From positions 944,698 to 960,697 of the forward strand of contig NZ_QUOU01000001.1 in assembly GCF_003390335.1 (NCBI RefSeq): a stretch of DNA of 16,000 nt. Direction: 5' to 3'. A program made the position numbers and the translations under genes. This DNA is from Thalassotalea euphylliae (GTDB lineage: Bacteria; Pseudomonadota; Gammaproteobacteria; Enterobacterales; Alteromonadaceae). Under the pieces are notes generated by a model. The model worked only from the letters and a program-made list of their open reading frames with translations. It did not search any database and was not told the DNA's origin. Shown in pieces: positions 1-8,473 of the stretch. Position 1 is the first letter of the stretch. Every line of letters starts with the position of its first letter.

Positions 1-422
1 GAGCCTGAGCGCTTGGGTTGGTGGGTATGCTGGCGCACTAGTTGATAATGGCGTTTTTCCGCCAGCTCCATCAAACCAAATGGCAGTAGCTGCGCCATAA
101 ATAAAAGTGCAGCAAACATATTGGGTGGCTGAATACCTAGTGCCCATTCGCGATATAAAATAGTCGATAACCCAAGCACACCCAGTGCGAGCACTAATTG
201 GTTGCTAAGCTTAAAGCGCTGTAACGCTTTTGCTAAAGCCTGTTCACCTAAGCTAGTGTTACTCAAATGCTTATTACTGGCCTGGTTATTTTCCGAGTAA
301 GTGTTGGCTTGGTCACTCGCTTGCAGTGAGGCAAGCCCGCGATACGCCATGCGGGCGTAATGATGTGACACTAACCAAAGTTGCACGGCAACCACCACAT
401 AAAACAATATGCTTATTAACAT
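1..422 (-). CDS. hypothetical membrane protein (N-terminal 140 codons only; continues past the left window edge)
   Basis: Absent from the supplied ORF track because it runs off the edge. My translation of the reverse strand from ATG (422-420) gives MLISILFYVVVAVQLWLVSHHYARMAYRGLASLQ...LVLALGVLGLSTILYREWALGIQPPNMFAALLFMAQLLPFGLMELAEKRHYQLV..., with no stop down to base 1. Hydrophobic stretches look like TM helices. A GGAGG Shine-Dalgarno (complement of 429-433) lies 6 nt before the ATG. The start is 11 nt after the GntR-gene stop, so the two are probably co-transcribed. I recognise no family. Confidence 0.6.
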   Translation of the reverse strand, partial: MLISILFYVVVAVQLWLVSHHYARMAYRGLASLQASDQANTYSENNQASNKHLSNTSLGEQALAKALQRFKLSNQLVLALGVLGLSTILYREWALGIQPPNMFAALLFMAQLLPFGLMELAEKRHYQLVRQHTHQPKRSG

Positions 423-433
423 CCTTCGCCTCC

Positions 434-811
434 TTAACGTTTGTTATTCATCAAATTGCCAAATGCAACGCGAATTTCTGAGTCAGTAACTCCCTGCGCC
501 TTTAGTTCATCAATGCAATGTGTGAGCTTGTCGGTTGCCCACTGCTTTAAATCGCGGTGACAGTATTGTTTGGCATCGGTATGAATAAAGCTGCCGCGAT
601 AGCCCTTGCTTTGCACTATTTTATCTCGCTCTAACAACTTGTAGGCTTTTGCCACTGTTTTACTGTTGATCTCCAGTTCGTTAGCAAGCTGCCTAATCGA
701 AGGCAAGGGCGCGCCGGGCGCGAGCATATCAGTGGCGACTGCCGACTTTATTTGCGCTATCAACTGGGTGAAAACTGGCGTTGGATCGTCGAGATCAATT
801 TCTATTTCCAT
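434..811 (-). CDS. GntR-family transcriptional regulator, short YtrA-like type (125 aa)
   Basis: The N-terminal winged-HTH signature is typical of GntR regulators: PLPSIRQLANELEINSKTVAKAYKLLERDKIVQSKGYRGSFI. The short C-terminal part has no FadR/HutC/MocR-type effector domain. It is followed in the same operon by a membrane-protein gene, a common YtrA-subfamily context. Confidence 0.85.
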   Translation of the reverse strand: MEIEIDLDDPTPVFTQLIAQIKSAVATDMLAPGAPLPSIRQLANELEINSKTVAKAYKLLERDKIVQSKGYRGSFIHTDAKQYCHRDLKQWATDKLTHCIDELKAQGVTDSEIRVAFGNLMNNKR

Positions 812-1018
812 TTATTCTTTTCTGTTAAGTAAATTTGCTAAGCAATCTAATGTGCCATCTGTATTAATGGTACAAGTGGTTTCTTGGTTTTTCAATAGAA
901 TTGTCTAAAAAATATTCACTACGCTTCTGTCGGTAAGGAAAACAAGGTTGGTTTTATCTTTTCACGGTTATTTAGTATGCTTGATAAATATTCAACTATA
1001 GGCCGTTTTATCACCTAG

Positions 1019-1675
1019 ATGACACAGTCGTTATTGTGGCAAGATCTTCAACAGAGCAGTCAATTTGCTGAACTTTGCAATGCGCTTTACGAGCGGGAAG
1101 TGGCTTTGCTAGCGCGTGTTAATGTAGAGCGAGTAGCGGTGCTGCAAAGCCGTTTACAAAGCTTATCTTATTATGTGCAAAAAGCTGCGCATGCAATGGT
1201 TAATGCGGATACCCCAATGACCCTAGACAGTCAAAACGCCTCTTGGTCGAGTAAGCAAACCCGTACTTTACCAACGGCTGGCCAAGAACCTGAGGCTATT
1301 GCCAAGTGGTACTTAGCGCAAGACATTACACTTGGCTTAGTGGTGCCCGTCGAAGTGGGTGAACGGCTTGTACTCGATTGTGTTGATCGCTTTGATAAAG
1401 AAAAAAGCCGTGTCAGAACGAATGTGCATGGCTGGTTTGAACTCACTCAAACCTCGCCGCATCAACATCACTCGCAACAAGCGACTCGAGTCCATCAGTC
1501 TCATGCTAAGTTGCTAAAACCCACCAAGAAAGCCATGATGGCCAGTTGCGCAGGTCATGTATGGCAAAACAACAAGCCATGCAGACCCGTAACACCTACG
1601 TTAAGAGAACTGTTACTTTCGTGTGCAATTAATTGGAAAAACCTGAAAAAACCTCTGCCTGTTGATACGCATTAG
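1019..1675 (+). CDS. hypothetical protein (218 aa), no recognisable family
   Basis: A 657-nt open frame, divergent from the GntR gene across 207 bp. The N-terminal third looks helical and is followed by a His/Gln-rich tract, TSPHQHHSQQATRVHQSH. There are five Cys in total. No convincing Shine-Dalgarno precedes ATG 1019, so the start is uncertain. Coding status rests mainly on ORF length. Confidence 0.5.
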   Translation: MTQSLLWQDLQQSSQFAELCNALYEREVALLARVNVERVAVLQSRLQSLSYYVQKAAHAMVNADTPMTLDSQNASWSSKQTRTLPTAGQEPEAIAKWYLAQDITLGLVVPVEVGERLVLDCVDRFDKEKSRVRTNVHGWFELTQTSPHQHHSQQATRVHQSHAKLLKPTKKAMMASCAGHVWQNNKPCRPVTPTLRELLLSCAINWKNLKKPLPVDTH

Positions 1676-1729
1676 CCAGTAATCTGCACTAACAGCGAAA
1701 CTGGCACTCGCATCTTGATCTTGCTTGGG

Positions 1730-1735
1730 TATAAT
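1730..1735 (+). promoter_or_regulatory. candidate -10 box (perfect TATAAT) upstream of ftsB
   Basis: TATAAT lies at 1730-1735, 45 nt upstream of the ftsB ATG. I found no good -35 at 16-18 bp spacing (TTGATC at 1715-1720 is only 9 bp away), so this is a motif match only. Confidence 0.3.
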
Positions 1736-1780
1736 ATCGGCTAACCCTCGCTAACTCATCTAATCAGGCGTTAAGCTTTC

Positions 1781-2077
1781 ATGCGCACTATTACCGCACT
1801 ACTGCTGATATTCGTTGTTTTTTTGCAATACCGTTTGTGGTTTGGCAAAAACAGCATCGCCGATTACGTTGCGTTAAAAGAAGAAGTAGTGCGCCAACAA
1901 GCCGATAACGACAAATTACGGCAGCGAAATAAACTGCTCTACGTTGACACCGACGATCTTAAATCGGGCGTTGAAGCGGTAGAAGAGCGCGCTCGAAATG
2001 AGCTGGGCATGATAAAAAATGGCGAAACATTCTTTCGCATTATTCCTGCCAATAAATCCCAGCAGCGAAGAAATTAG
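1781..2077 (+). CDS. ftsB: cell division protein FtsB
   Basis: A 98-aa bitopic protein. The segment LLLIFVVFLQYRLWFGKNSIADY...VEAVEERARNELGMIKNGETFFRI closely parallels E. coli FtsB (LQYSLWFGKNG...EERARNELSMVRPGETFYRL). It sits in the conserved position directly upstream of ispD. Confidence 0.92.
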   Translation: MRTITALLLIFVVFLQYRLWFGKNSIADYVALKEEVVRQQADNDKLRQRNKLLYVDTDDLKSGVEAVEERARNELGMIKNGETFFRIIPANKSQQRRN

Positions 2078-2092
2078 TTTTGGAATTTGTTA

Positions 2093-2866
2093 ATGAGTAA
2101 ATCTATGGCTGCGGTGACGGCTATTGTCCCTGCTGCTGGTGTTGGTAAGCGCATGCAAAGCCAGCACCCCAAACAATACATGAAGCTTGCGGGTAAAACC
2201 GTTATTGAACACACCTTGGCTAAGTTATTGGCTAGTGAGCATATTGAGCAAGTCGTCGTCGCGCTTGGCGCAGAAGACGGCTACTTTCACGCATTACCCA
2301 TTGCTAAGCACCCAAAAGTAAAGATAGTAACGGGTGGCAAAGAGCGTGTCGATTCAGTGCTGGCCGCGCTTAAAGCGAGTGAGCAACAAGCTTCAACGAG
2401 TGAGGCTTGGTCACTTGTGCATGACGCAGCGAGACCCTGCGTTTCAACGCAAGACATTGATCGTTTGATCCTTACATGCCAAGCACAAAATACAGGCGGC
2501 CTGCTGGCTGCGCCAGTGAAAGACACCATGAAGCGCGGCTCTGGGCAAGCCTGTAGCGGCGAACCTCACAGTGGCAAAAACTACGTCAAAACGACCGTTG
2601 CCCGTGAACAGCTTTGGCACGCGCTGACACCACAAATGTATCGCACGCATGAGCTTATTCAAGCAATCGAACTAGGGCTTGCCAATGACGTGCATATCAC
2701 CGATGAGTCTTCGGCTATTGAAGCGGCTGGCTTGCCGAGTATGTTAGTCAGTGCCAGCCCGAATAATCTCAAAATAACGCAACCTGAAGACATCGTATTA
2801 GCAGAATTTTTACTGCACAACGAATTGGGTGCGTTAAGTAAATCAACGAATAAACAGGAAGCGTGA
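2093..2866 (+). CDS. ispD: 2-C-methyl-D-erythritol 4-phosphate cytidylyltransferase (IspD)
   Basis: IspD motifs are present: [66 protein letters not shown] and LKITQPEDI, collinear with E. coli IspD. The start is uncertain: TTG 2087 (ORF track), ATG 2093 (chosen here) or ATG 2105. The stop TGA is at 2864-2866. Confidence 0.92.
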   Translation: MSKSMAAVTAIVPAAGVGKRMQSQHPKQYMKLAGKTVIEHTLAKLLASEHIEQVVVALGAEDGYFHALPIAKHPKVKIVTGGKERVDSVLAALKASEQQASTSEAWSLVHDAARPCVSTQDIDRLILTCQAQNTGGLLAAPVKDTMKRGSGQACSGEPHSGKNYVKTTVAREQLWHALTPQMYRTHELIQAIELGLANDVHITDESSAIEAAGLPSMLVSASPNNLKITQPEDIVLAEFLLHNELGALSKSTNKQEA

Positions 2867-3357
2867 TGAGAATAGGTCATGGTTTTGATGTCCATAAATT
2901 TGGTGGCGAAGGGCCAATTGTATTGGCTGGTGTGAAAATCCCTTTTGAGCAGGGATTTGTTGCGCACTCAGATGGTGATGTAGCAATTCATGCGTTGTGT
3001 GATGCGATTCTCGGTGCCTTGTGCCTAGCCGATATTGGCAATCACTTTCCCGATACCGATGCTGGATTTGAAAATATCGACTCGCGTATTTTGCTGCGCC
3101 ACGTGGTCAGCTTGATGAAGGACAAAGGTTATCAATTGGGCAATGCCGATATCACAATCGTTGCGCAAGCACCTAAAATGGCCCCGCATTTGTTATTGAT
3201 GCGCGAAATATTAAGCGATGACTTACAAGCCAATATTGATCAAGTGAATGTTAAAGCAACAACGACAGAAAAACTGGGGTATGTTGGCCGCAAAGAAGGA
3301 ATTTCAACACATGCGGTTGTGTTACTTGAACCAATACCAGTTGCCAATGCCAGTTGA
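2866..3357 (+). CDS. ispF: 2-C-methyl-D-erythritol 2,4-cyclodiphosphate synthase (IspF)
   Basis: [26 protein letters not shown]...[12 protein letters not shown]...[10 protein letters not shown]...[10 protein letters not shown]...[20 protein letters not shown] is near-collinear with E. coli IspF. I prefer ATG 2866 over GTG 2863 because E. coli IspF begins [10 protein letters not shown]. The ATG shares one base with the ispD stop (TGATG). Confidence 0.95.
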   Translation: MRIGHGFDVHKFGGEGPIVLAGVKIPFEQGFVAHSDGDVAIHALCDAILGALCLADIGNHFPDTDAGFENIDSRILLRHVVSLMKDKGYQLGNADITIVAQAPKMAPHLLLMREILSDDLQANIDQVNVKATTTEKLGYVGRKEGISTHAVVLLEPIPVANAS

Positions 3358-3379
3358 GAATAAGTGAGTTAACTAACCA

Positions 3380-4465
3380 GTGAAGCAAACATTTAAGCCC
3401 TACAGTGAACTCGCCTATTTACACGGCAAGCCGAATGCGCAGGGACAATTACGCACCCATAACAGTGATTTTAAGGTCTTTGAAATATTGCCTTTTGCCC
3501 CTAGTGGCGAAGGCGAACACCTGTTATTGCACGTAGAAAAAACCGGTGAAAATACCACCTTTGTCGCTCGCCAACTCGCCAAGCACTTTGGTGTTAAAGA
3601 CATGCAGGTAACCTACGCTGGATTAAAAGATCGGCATGCGGTTACCGAGCAATGGTTTGGTATTCATCTACCCGGTAAGCAAGTGGACGACATTGCCAGT
3701 GTCGATATCGCAGGCGTAAAAATTCTTGCTCATCAACGCCATAACAAAAAGCTAAAAACAGGCGCATTAATTGGTAACCGTTTTGAATTAATCTTGCGTG
3801 AAGTGACTGATGCACAATTGGTCATTGAACGTTTTGAGCAAGTGGCGAAAACGGGTGTGCCTAATTATTTTGGTGAGCAACGTTTTGGCTTTAATGGCAA
3901 TAACTTACATAAAGCACTCACGTTATTCGCTGGGCAAAAGGTCAAAGACAAGAAAAAGCGCAGTATGTATTTGTCGGCGGCGCGCAGTTATTTATTTAAT
4001 CAAATGCTAAGTCAGCGTATTTTAGATAATCATTTTCTCTCGCCGATTGAGGGTGATGTGTTTATGCTTGCTGGCAGCCAGTCGGTATTTAAAGCAACGA
4101 GTCAGAGCGCAGATGAAAGTGCCGATATTCAAGCGCGCTTAGACACGCATGATATTGATATTACCGCCAGTATGTGGGGTAAAGGCGAATTGCTTAGCGA
4201 GCAGCAAACGAATATTTTGGAAACTAATGTTGCAACCCACTATCAAACATTAGCTGACGGACTTGTTGCCATGGGGTTAAAGCAAGAGCGCCGAAGAGCA
4301 AGGCTAACTATGTTAAACCCCAAGGCCGAGTTACTTGATAATAAGACGGTTAAGCTTTCGTTTATGTTACCTGCTGGTAGTTATGCAACGGCAATATTAC
4401 GCGAGCTACTGGACTATCAAGACATGGCCGAGCAAGCCAATAACTTGGCAGACAAAAGCAAGTAG
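3380..4465 (+). CDS. truD: tRNA pseudouridine(13) synthase TruD
   Basis: GTG start. The segments YLHGKP, FKVFEILPF.PSGEGEHLLLHVEK.G.NT.FVA, AGLKDRHAVTEQWF (catalytic Asp motif GxKD), GVPNYFGEQRFG and LPAGSYATAILREL all match E. coli TruD. Its position after ispF is conserved. Confidence 0.93.
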   Translation: MKQTFKPYSELAYLHGKPNAQGQLRTHNSDFKVFEILPFAPSGEGEHLLLHVEKTGENTTFVARQLAKHFGVKDMQVTYAGLKDRHAVTEQWFGIHLPGKQVDDIASVDIAGVKILAHQRHNKKLKTGALIGNRFELILREVTDAQLVIERFEQVAKTGVPNYFGEQRFGFNGNNLHKALTLFAGQKVKDKKKRSMYLSAARSYLFNQMLSQRILDNHFLSPIEGDVFMLAGSQSVFKATSQSADESADIQARLDTHDIDITASMWGKGELLSEQQTNILETNVATHYQTLADGLVAMGLKQERRRARLTMLNPKAELLDNKTVKLSFMLPAGSYATAILRELLDYQDMAEQANNLADKSK

Positions 4466-4495
4466 CAAACAATAACAATCACTAAAGGAAGTAAG

Positions 4496-5248
4496 ATGAG
4501 AATATTACTGAGCAACGACGATGGTGTGCATGCGCCAGGCATTAAAGTGCTATATGACGAGTTATGCAAATTTGCCGATGTGACCTTAGTTGCTCCTGAT
4601 CGCAATTGTAGCGGTGCCAGTAATTCGCTTACCTTGCTCAATCCTTTACGCGCGCAAACGTTAGATAATGGTTTTATTTCAGTCAATGGCACGCCGACCG
4701 ATTCAGTGCATTTGGCGATTAGCCAATTGATGGAGCCGTTGCCGGATCTGGTCGTCGCTGGTATCAACAATGGGGCTAACTTGGGCGACGATACTTTGTA
4801 TTCCGGTACCGTTGCTGCGGCAACAGAAGGTCGTCACATGGGCTTGCCCGCCGTTGCCGTATCGCTGGTAGGGAAAGATGAAAACCATTACCAAACGGCG
4901 GCAGTCATTGCCGCTAATATTATTCAGCGCCTAAAAGCGCACCCCTTGCCAGCGGATCAAATTTTAAACGTGAATGTACCTGATATCCCACTGTCTGAGA
5001 TTGAAGGGATCAAGGTCACACGTTTAGGCCATCGCCATAAAGCGGAAACCATGAAGAGTATTGCGGATCCTTGGGGACGGACAATTTATTGGTATGGTTC
5101 TCTCGGCAAAGAGCTTGACGCAGGCGAAGGGACAGATTTTAATGCGGTTGCAAAGAATTATGCGTCGGTAACTCCGTTAACCGTTGATATGACAGCGTAT
5201 AAAAGTATGCAGCAGATGACCGAGTGGATGAGTGAAGTAACAATATGA
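4496..5248 (+). CDS. surE: 5'/3'-nucleotidase SurE
   Basis: [16 protein letters not shown]...[16 protein letters not shown]...GTPTD...[28 protein letters not shown] is the hallmark SurE sequence. An AAAGGAAG Shine-Dalgarno lies upstream. Confidence 0.95.
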   Translation: MRILLSNDDGVHAPGIKVLYDELCKFADVTLVAPDRNCSGASNSLTLLNPLRAQTLDNGFISVNGTPTDSVHLAISQLMEPLPDLVVAGINNGANLGDDTLYSGTVAAATEGRHMGLPAVAVSLVGKDENHYQTAAVIAANIIQRLKAHPLPADQILNVNVPDIPLSEIEGIKVTRLGHRHKAETMKSIADPWGRTIYWYGSLGKELDAGEGTDFNAVAKNYASVTPLTVDMTAYKSMQQMTEWMSEVTI

Positions 5249-5907
5249 ATGTCAATGTAGGAAGCAGTGTTGGCGGAAAATCGAGTCGTAGTGGTGAAAT
5301 TCTAGCGCAAAAATTAGCTAATGAAGGGATTAAAGATCAGCGTGTTTTACGCGCAATCGCGCAATCGCCTCGCCATATTTTTGTACCGGAAATACTGGCG
5401 CACAAAGCTTATGACAATACGGCATTGCCAATTGGACAAGGGCAAACAATTTCACAGCCTTACATTGTCGCCAGAATGTCTGAGCTTATCTTAGCCGATG
5501 GTATTCCTGATAATGTGTTAGAAATTGGTACAGGCTCTGGCTATCAAACCTCTATCCTTGCGCAATTGGTCAGTAAAGTTTTTTCAGTTGAACGTATTAA
5601 AGCGCTGCAGTGGCAAGCGAAGCGTCGCTTGCGAGCAATGGACCTTCACAATGTTTCCATGAAGCACGGCGACGGTTGGCAAGGTTGGCGTAGCAAAGGC
5701 CCGTTTCAAGCCATTATCGTAACAGCTGCGCCGAGCAGTGTGCCACAAGCGCTGTTAGAGCAGTTAGCGGATGGTGGCCGCTTAGTGATCCCTGTAGGCG
5801 AGCAATCACAAGTATTAAAACTTATCACCCGTGATGGTGACCATTTCAACGAACAGCAAATTGAGATGGTGCGCTTTGTACCGCTTGTGCCAGGAGATCT
5901 GCTGTGA
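5245..5907 (+). CDS. pcm: protein-L-isoaspartate O-methyltransferase
   Basis: The segments [36 protein letters not shown] (SAM-binding GxGxG), [31 protein letters not shown] and VRFVPLV match E. coli Pcm. The ATG overlaps the surE stop (ATGA). Confidence 0.95.
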   Translation: MNVNVGSSVGGKSSRSGEILAQKLANEGIKDQRVLRAIAQSPRHIFVPEILAHKAYDNTALPIGQGQTISQPYIVARMSELILADGIPDNVLEIGTGSGYQTSILAQLVSKVFSVERIKALQWQAKRRLRAMDLHNVSMKHGDGWQGWRSKGPFQAIIVTAAPSSVPQALLEQLADGGRLVIPVGEQSQVLKLITRDGDHFNEQQIEMVRFVPLVPGDLL

Positions 5908-6485
5908 AGATTTTTTCTGCGTTATACGAGTGGACACTTAAATGGGCTGAGCACAAGCTGGCACCGCGAGTGTTGGCGATGCTGACCTTCGCGGAGTCAG
6001 TATTTTTTCCCATCCCGCCAGATGTATTATTGGCGCCTATGGTACTTGCCAAGCCCAAGAAAGCTTGGTTCTACGCGACATTAACCACAACAGCATCTGT
6101 GATCGGTGGGGTGGTGGGCTACTTGCTCGGCTATTTTATGTTTGATGCTTGGATTCAGCCGATTATTACTGAGGTTGGCTACCAAGACAAAATGGATCAC
6201 GCCATGGCATGGTTCGAGCAATGGGGGATTTGGGTCGTTTTCCTCGCTGGCTTTACACCGATCCCTTATAAAGTGTTTACGCTCAGTGCTGGCGTGTTAC
6301 AAATGCTATTTATTCCGTTTTTGATCGCTTCCTTTATTGGCCGAGGTATGAGGTTCTTTTTAGTGGCTGGCTTGATTCAATGGGGCGGGGAAAAAATGGA
6401 ACAAAAGCTGCGTCAGTGGGTCGATGTGATTGGCTGGAGCCTAGTTGCAATCATAGCTTTCGCCTATGTAGTATACATAGCATAA
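5904..6485 (+). CDS. YqaA-family (DedA/SNARE-associated type) inner-membrane protein
   Basis: A 193-aa polytopic membrane protein. It carries [18 protein letters not shown] and [16 protein letters not shown] motifs typical of the DedA/YqaA superfamily. The GTG start overlaps the pcm stop (GTGA). Confidence 0.78.
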   Translation: MKIFSALYEWTLKWAEHKLAPRVLAMLTFAESVFFPIPPDVLLAPMVLAKPKKAWFYATLTTTASVIGGVVGYLLGYFMFDAWIQPIITEVGYQDKMDHAMAWFEQWGIWVVFLAGFTPIPYKVFTLSAGVLQMLFIPFLIASFIGRGMRFFLVAGLIQWGGEKMEQKLRQWVDVIGWSLVAIIAFAYVVYIA

Positions 6486-6546
6486 CTATTCATTAGTGAT
6501 GCATTACTGATATTCATGAAATTAGACTGACGATCGACTCAACAGG

Positions 6547-7386
6547 ATGTTTTTGCGTTATTTACTCCTACTGATAATTAGTATTTTTGTGCTTGCTGGG
6601 TGTAGTACTCGGCAAGCCCCTGCGCCAGTGGTTGAGTCGCGTTCTACTGTCTCTTTGCAAAAACAAACGCCCGCCAGTATCAAAAGCGCCAGTTATACGG
6701 TCAGAAAAGGGGAAACCCTTTATTCTATCGCTTGGCGTGCGAATAGTGATATAAGAACCATAGCAAAACTCAATAAGTTGTTGCCTCCCTATCGAATATT
6801 CCCCGGCCAGAAGCTCAAAATTAGTGAAAATTCAAGCAAAGCCAGTAGGAATAAGAGCTCAGCTAAAAATTCGACTAAAAGCTCTGGTACTACCACCAAT
6901 AAAGGGCATAAAAAAGCTGTTGCAACGACCAAAAAGCAGGAGTATGGTAAAGCTGCAAGTGGGCAAAAAATAAGCAAAAAGCCCGTTGCACCAACCACTA
7001 ACTTTTCGCAAAAAATCAAGCGATGGTTATGGCCAGCCAAGGGAAAACTTATCGCAACATTCTCGACGGCACCACAGGGAAATAAAGGAATAGATATCGC
7101 GGGTAAACGCGGTGACCGAATCAAAGCAGCCGCTGATGGTAAGGTCGTATACGCGGGTAGTGCATTAAGAGGCTATGGTAAGCTCATCATTGTAAAACAC
7201 AACGACGATTACTTGAGTGCTTATGCGCACAACGACGAGCTGTTGGTAAAAGAGCAGCAAAGCGTTAAAGCTGGCGATGTGATAGCTAAGATGGGTGACA
7301 CTGACGCGCAAAGAGTCATGCTTCATTTTGAAGTTCGCTTTCGTGGCAAATCCGTGAATCCTTTGAAGTACTTACCTAAACGATAG
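6547..7386 (+). CDS. nlpD: murein hydrolase activator NlpD (lipoprotein with LysM and degenerate LytM/M23 domains)
   Basis: Lipobox LAGC (Cys19, nt 6592-6603). LysM segment YTVRKGETLYSIAWRANSDIRTIAKLNKLLPPYRIFPGQKLKI. A Lys/Ser/Thr-rich linker. The C-terminal segment GNKGIDIAGKRGDRIKAAADGKVVYAGSALRGYGKLIIVKHNDDYLSAYAHND...LHFEVRFRGKSVNPLKYLP is almost collinear with E. coli NlpD. It lies directly upstream of rpoS. Confidence 0.92.
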   Translation: MFLRYLLLLIISIFVLAGCSTRQAPAPVVESRSTVSLQKQTPASIKSASYTVRKGETLYSIAWRANSDIRTIAKLNKLLPPYRIFPGQKLKISENSSKASRNKSSAKNSTKSSGTTTNKGHKKAVATTKKQEYGKAASGQKISKKPVAPTTNFSQKIKRWLWPAKGKLIATFSTAPQGNKGIDIAGKRGDRIKAAADGKVVYAGSALRGYGKLIIVKHNDDYLSAYAHNDELLVKEQQSVKAGDVIAKMGDTDAQRVMLHFEVRFRGKSVNPLKYLPKR

Positions 7387-7460
7387 TGTGAAATAAGAAT
7401 AATAATGGAGATAAATTGAATATTTAACAAATCACTTTGCTAGTTGATGGGAGAAGTAAT

Positions 7461-8387
7461 ATGGGCTTAGAAAAAGAAATCGACACTGTAAATGTTGAAG
7501 AAAGCACAGTTGATACGGAACCTTCAGTTAAATCTCAGGAAGAGGTCTCTGCGAGCCTAGATGCGACGCAGTTATATTTGAGTGAAATTGGATTTTCCCC
7601 CCTGCTTTCAGCCGAAGAAGAAGTCTATTTTTCGCGTTTAGCGTTAAAAGGTGACGAAAAAGCTCGAAAGCGCATGATAGAAAGCAACCTTAGGTTAGTG
7701 GTTAAAATCGCTAGGCGATACAACAATCGCGGCCTGCCATTGTTAGATTTAATCGAAGAAGGAAATCTCGGTTTAATTCGCGCCGTTGAGAAATTTGACC
7801 CTGAGCGCGGTTTCAGATTTTCAACTTATGCCACATGGTGGATTCGCCAAACCATTGAACGCGCCATCATGAATCAAACGCGCACCATACGTTTACCAAT
7901 ACATGTGGTGAAAGAACTCAATATCTACTTACGTGCCGCCCGTGAATTAGTGCAAAAGCTGGATCATGAGCCAACGGCTGAAGATATTGCTAAAGAGCTC
8001 GACAAGCCTGTTGCTGATGTCAGCAAAATGCTGCGCTTAAACGAACGCATTACCTCAGTCGATACGCCATTTGGCGGCGACTCTGATAAAGCACTGTTAG
8101 ATGTTATCCCCGACGAGAAAGGCGCAGGACCAGAGCGCGATTTACAAAGCAATGACCTTAACAACAATATTGTTGAATGGCTTGGTGAACTAAATAGCAA
8201 GCAACGTGAAGTACTGGCTAGACGCTTTGGTTTAATGGGCTATGAAGCGGCTACTTTGGAAGATGTGGGGACTGAGATTGGTTTAACGCGCGAGCGTGTT
8301 CGCCAAATTCAAGTGGAAGCATTAAAGCGCCTGCGCGATATTCTAAGCCAGCAAAACTTATCCATTGAAGCAATATTTCAAGACTAA
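7461..8387 (+). CDS. rpoS: RNA polymerase sigma factor RpoS (sigma-38)
   Basis: [25 protein letters not shown]...[84 protein letters not shown]...[11 protein letters not shown]...[43 protein letters not shown] is near-identical in its conserved regions to E. coli RpoS. I chose ATG 7461 because a GGGAGA Shine-Dalgarno at 7449-7454 lies 6 nt upstream. The ORF-track TTG at 7437 has none. Confidence 0.95.
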   Translation: MGLEKEIDTVNVEESTVDTEPSVKSQEEVSASLDATQLYLSEIGFSPLLSAEEEVYFSRLALKGDEKARKRMIESNLRLVVKIARRYNNRGLPLLDLIEEGNLGLIRAVEKFDPERGFRFSTYATWWIRQTIERAIMNQTRTIRLPIHVVKELNIYLRAARELVQKLDHEPTAEDIAKELDKPVADVSKMLRLNERITSVDTPFGGDSDKALLDVIPDEKGAGPERDLQSNDLNNNIVEWLGELNSKQREVLARRFGLMGYEAATLEDVGTEIGLTRERVRQIQVEALKRLRDILSQQNLSIEAIFQD

Positions 8388-8473
8388 GCATTGTTAACGC
8401 TAGAGTTTCTGAGAAATAACTCGATTACCCATTAGCTCAGCTCATCAGTCAGCTTCTAAGAGCTCCTAAGCAT

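Noticed and set aside
666-908. 80-aa + strand ORF overlapping the GntR gene and the divergent promoter region
   Set aside because: It is mostly antisense to a well-supported GntR CDS. Its composition is low-complexity and Ser/Ile-rich, and it has no Shine-Dalgarno.
1231-1446. 71-aa - strand ORF inside the 218-aa orphan ORF
   Set aside because: It is shorter than and fully nested in the longer + strand frame. It has no independent support.
2287-2967. Three - strand ORFs (2287-2529, 2444-2662, 2659-2967) antisense to ispD/ispF
   Set aside because: They are nested in genes with unambiguous IspD and IspF homology. They are typical antisense shadow ORFs.
3415-4894. ORFs 3415-3603 (-), 3810-4010 (+, off-frame), 4417-4770 (-) and 4703-4894 (-) within truD/surE
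   Set aside because: All overlap strongly supported TruD or SurE coding sequence in other frames. Their translations are Cys/Arg/Ser-rich with no recognisable motif.
5846-6324. ORFs 5846-6058 (-) and 6106-6324 (+) overlapping pcm and the yqaA-like gene
   Set aside because: They are nested or off-frame relative to CDSs with family-level motifs.
6789-7124. 111-aa - strand ORF antisense to nlpD
   Set aside because: It is an artefact of the stop-poor, repetitive Lys/Ser/Thr-rich linker of nlpD. Its translation is Leu/Phe-rich low-complexity sequence.
7437-7460. TTG start for rpoS as in the ORF track
   Set aside because: No ribosome-binding site precedes it. ATG 7461 has GGGAGA at the correct spacing, and the extra 8 residues have no counterpart in known RpoS proteins.
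7964-8200. 78-aa - strand ORF antisense to rpoS
   Set aside because: It is nested within a near-identical RpoS homologue.
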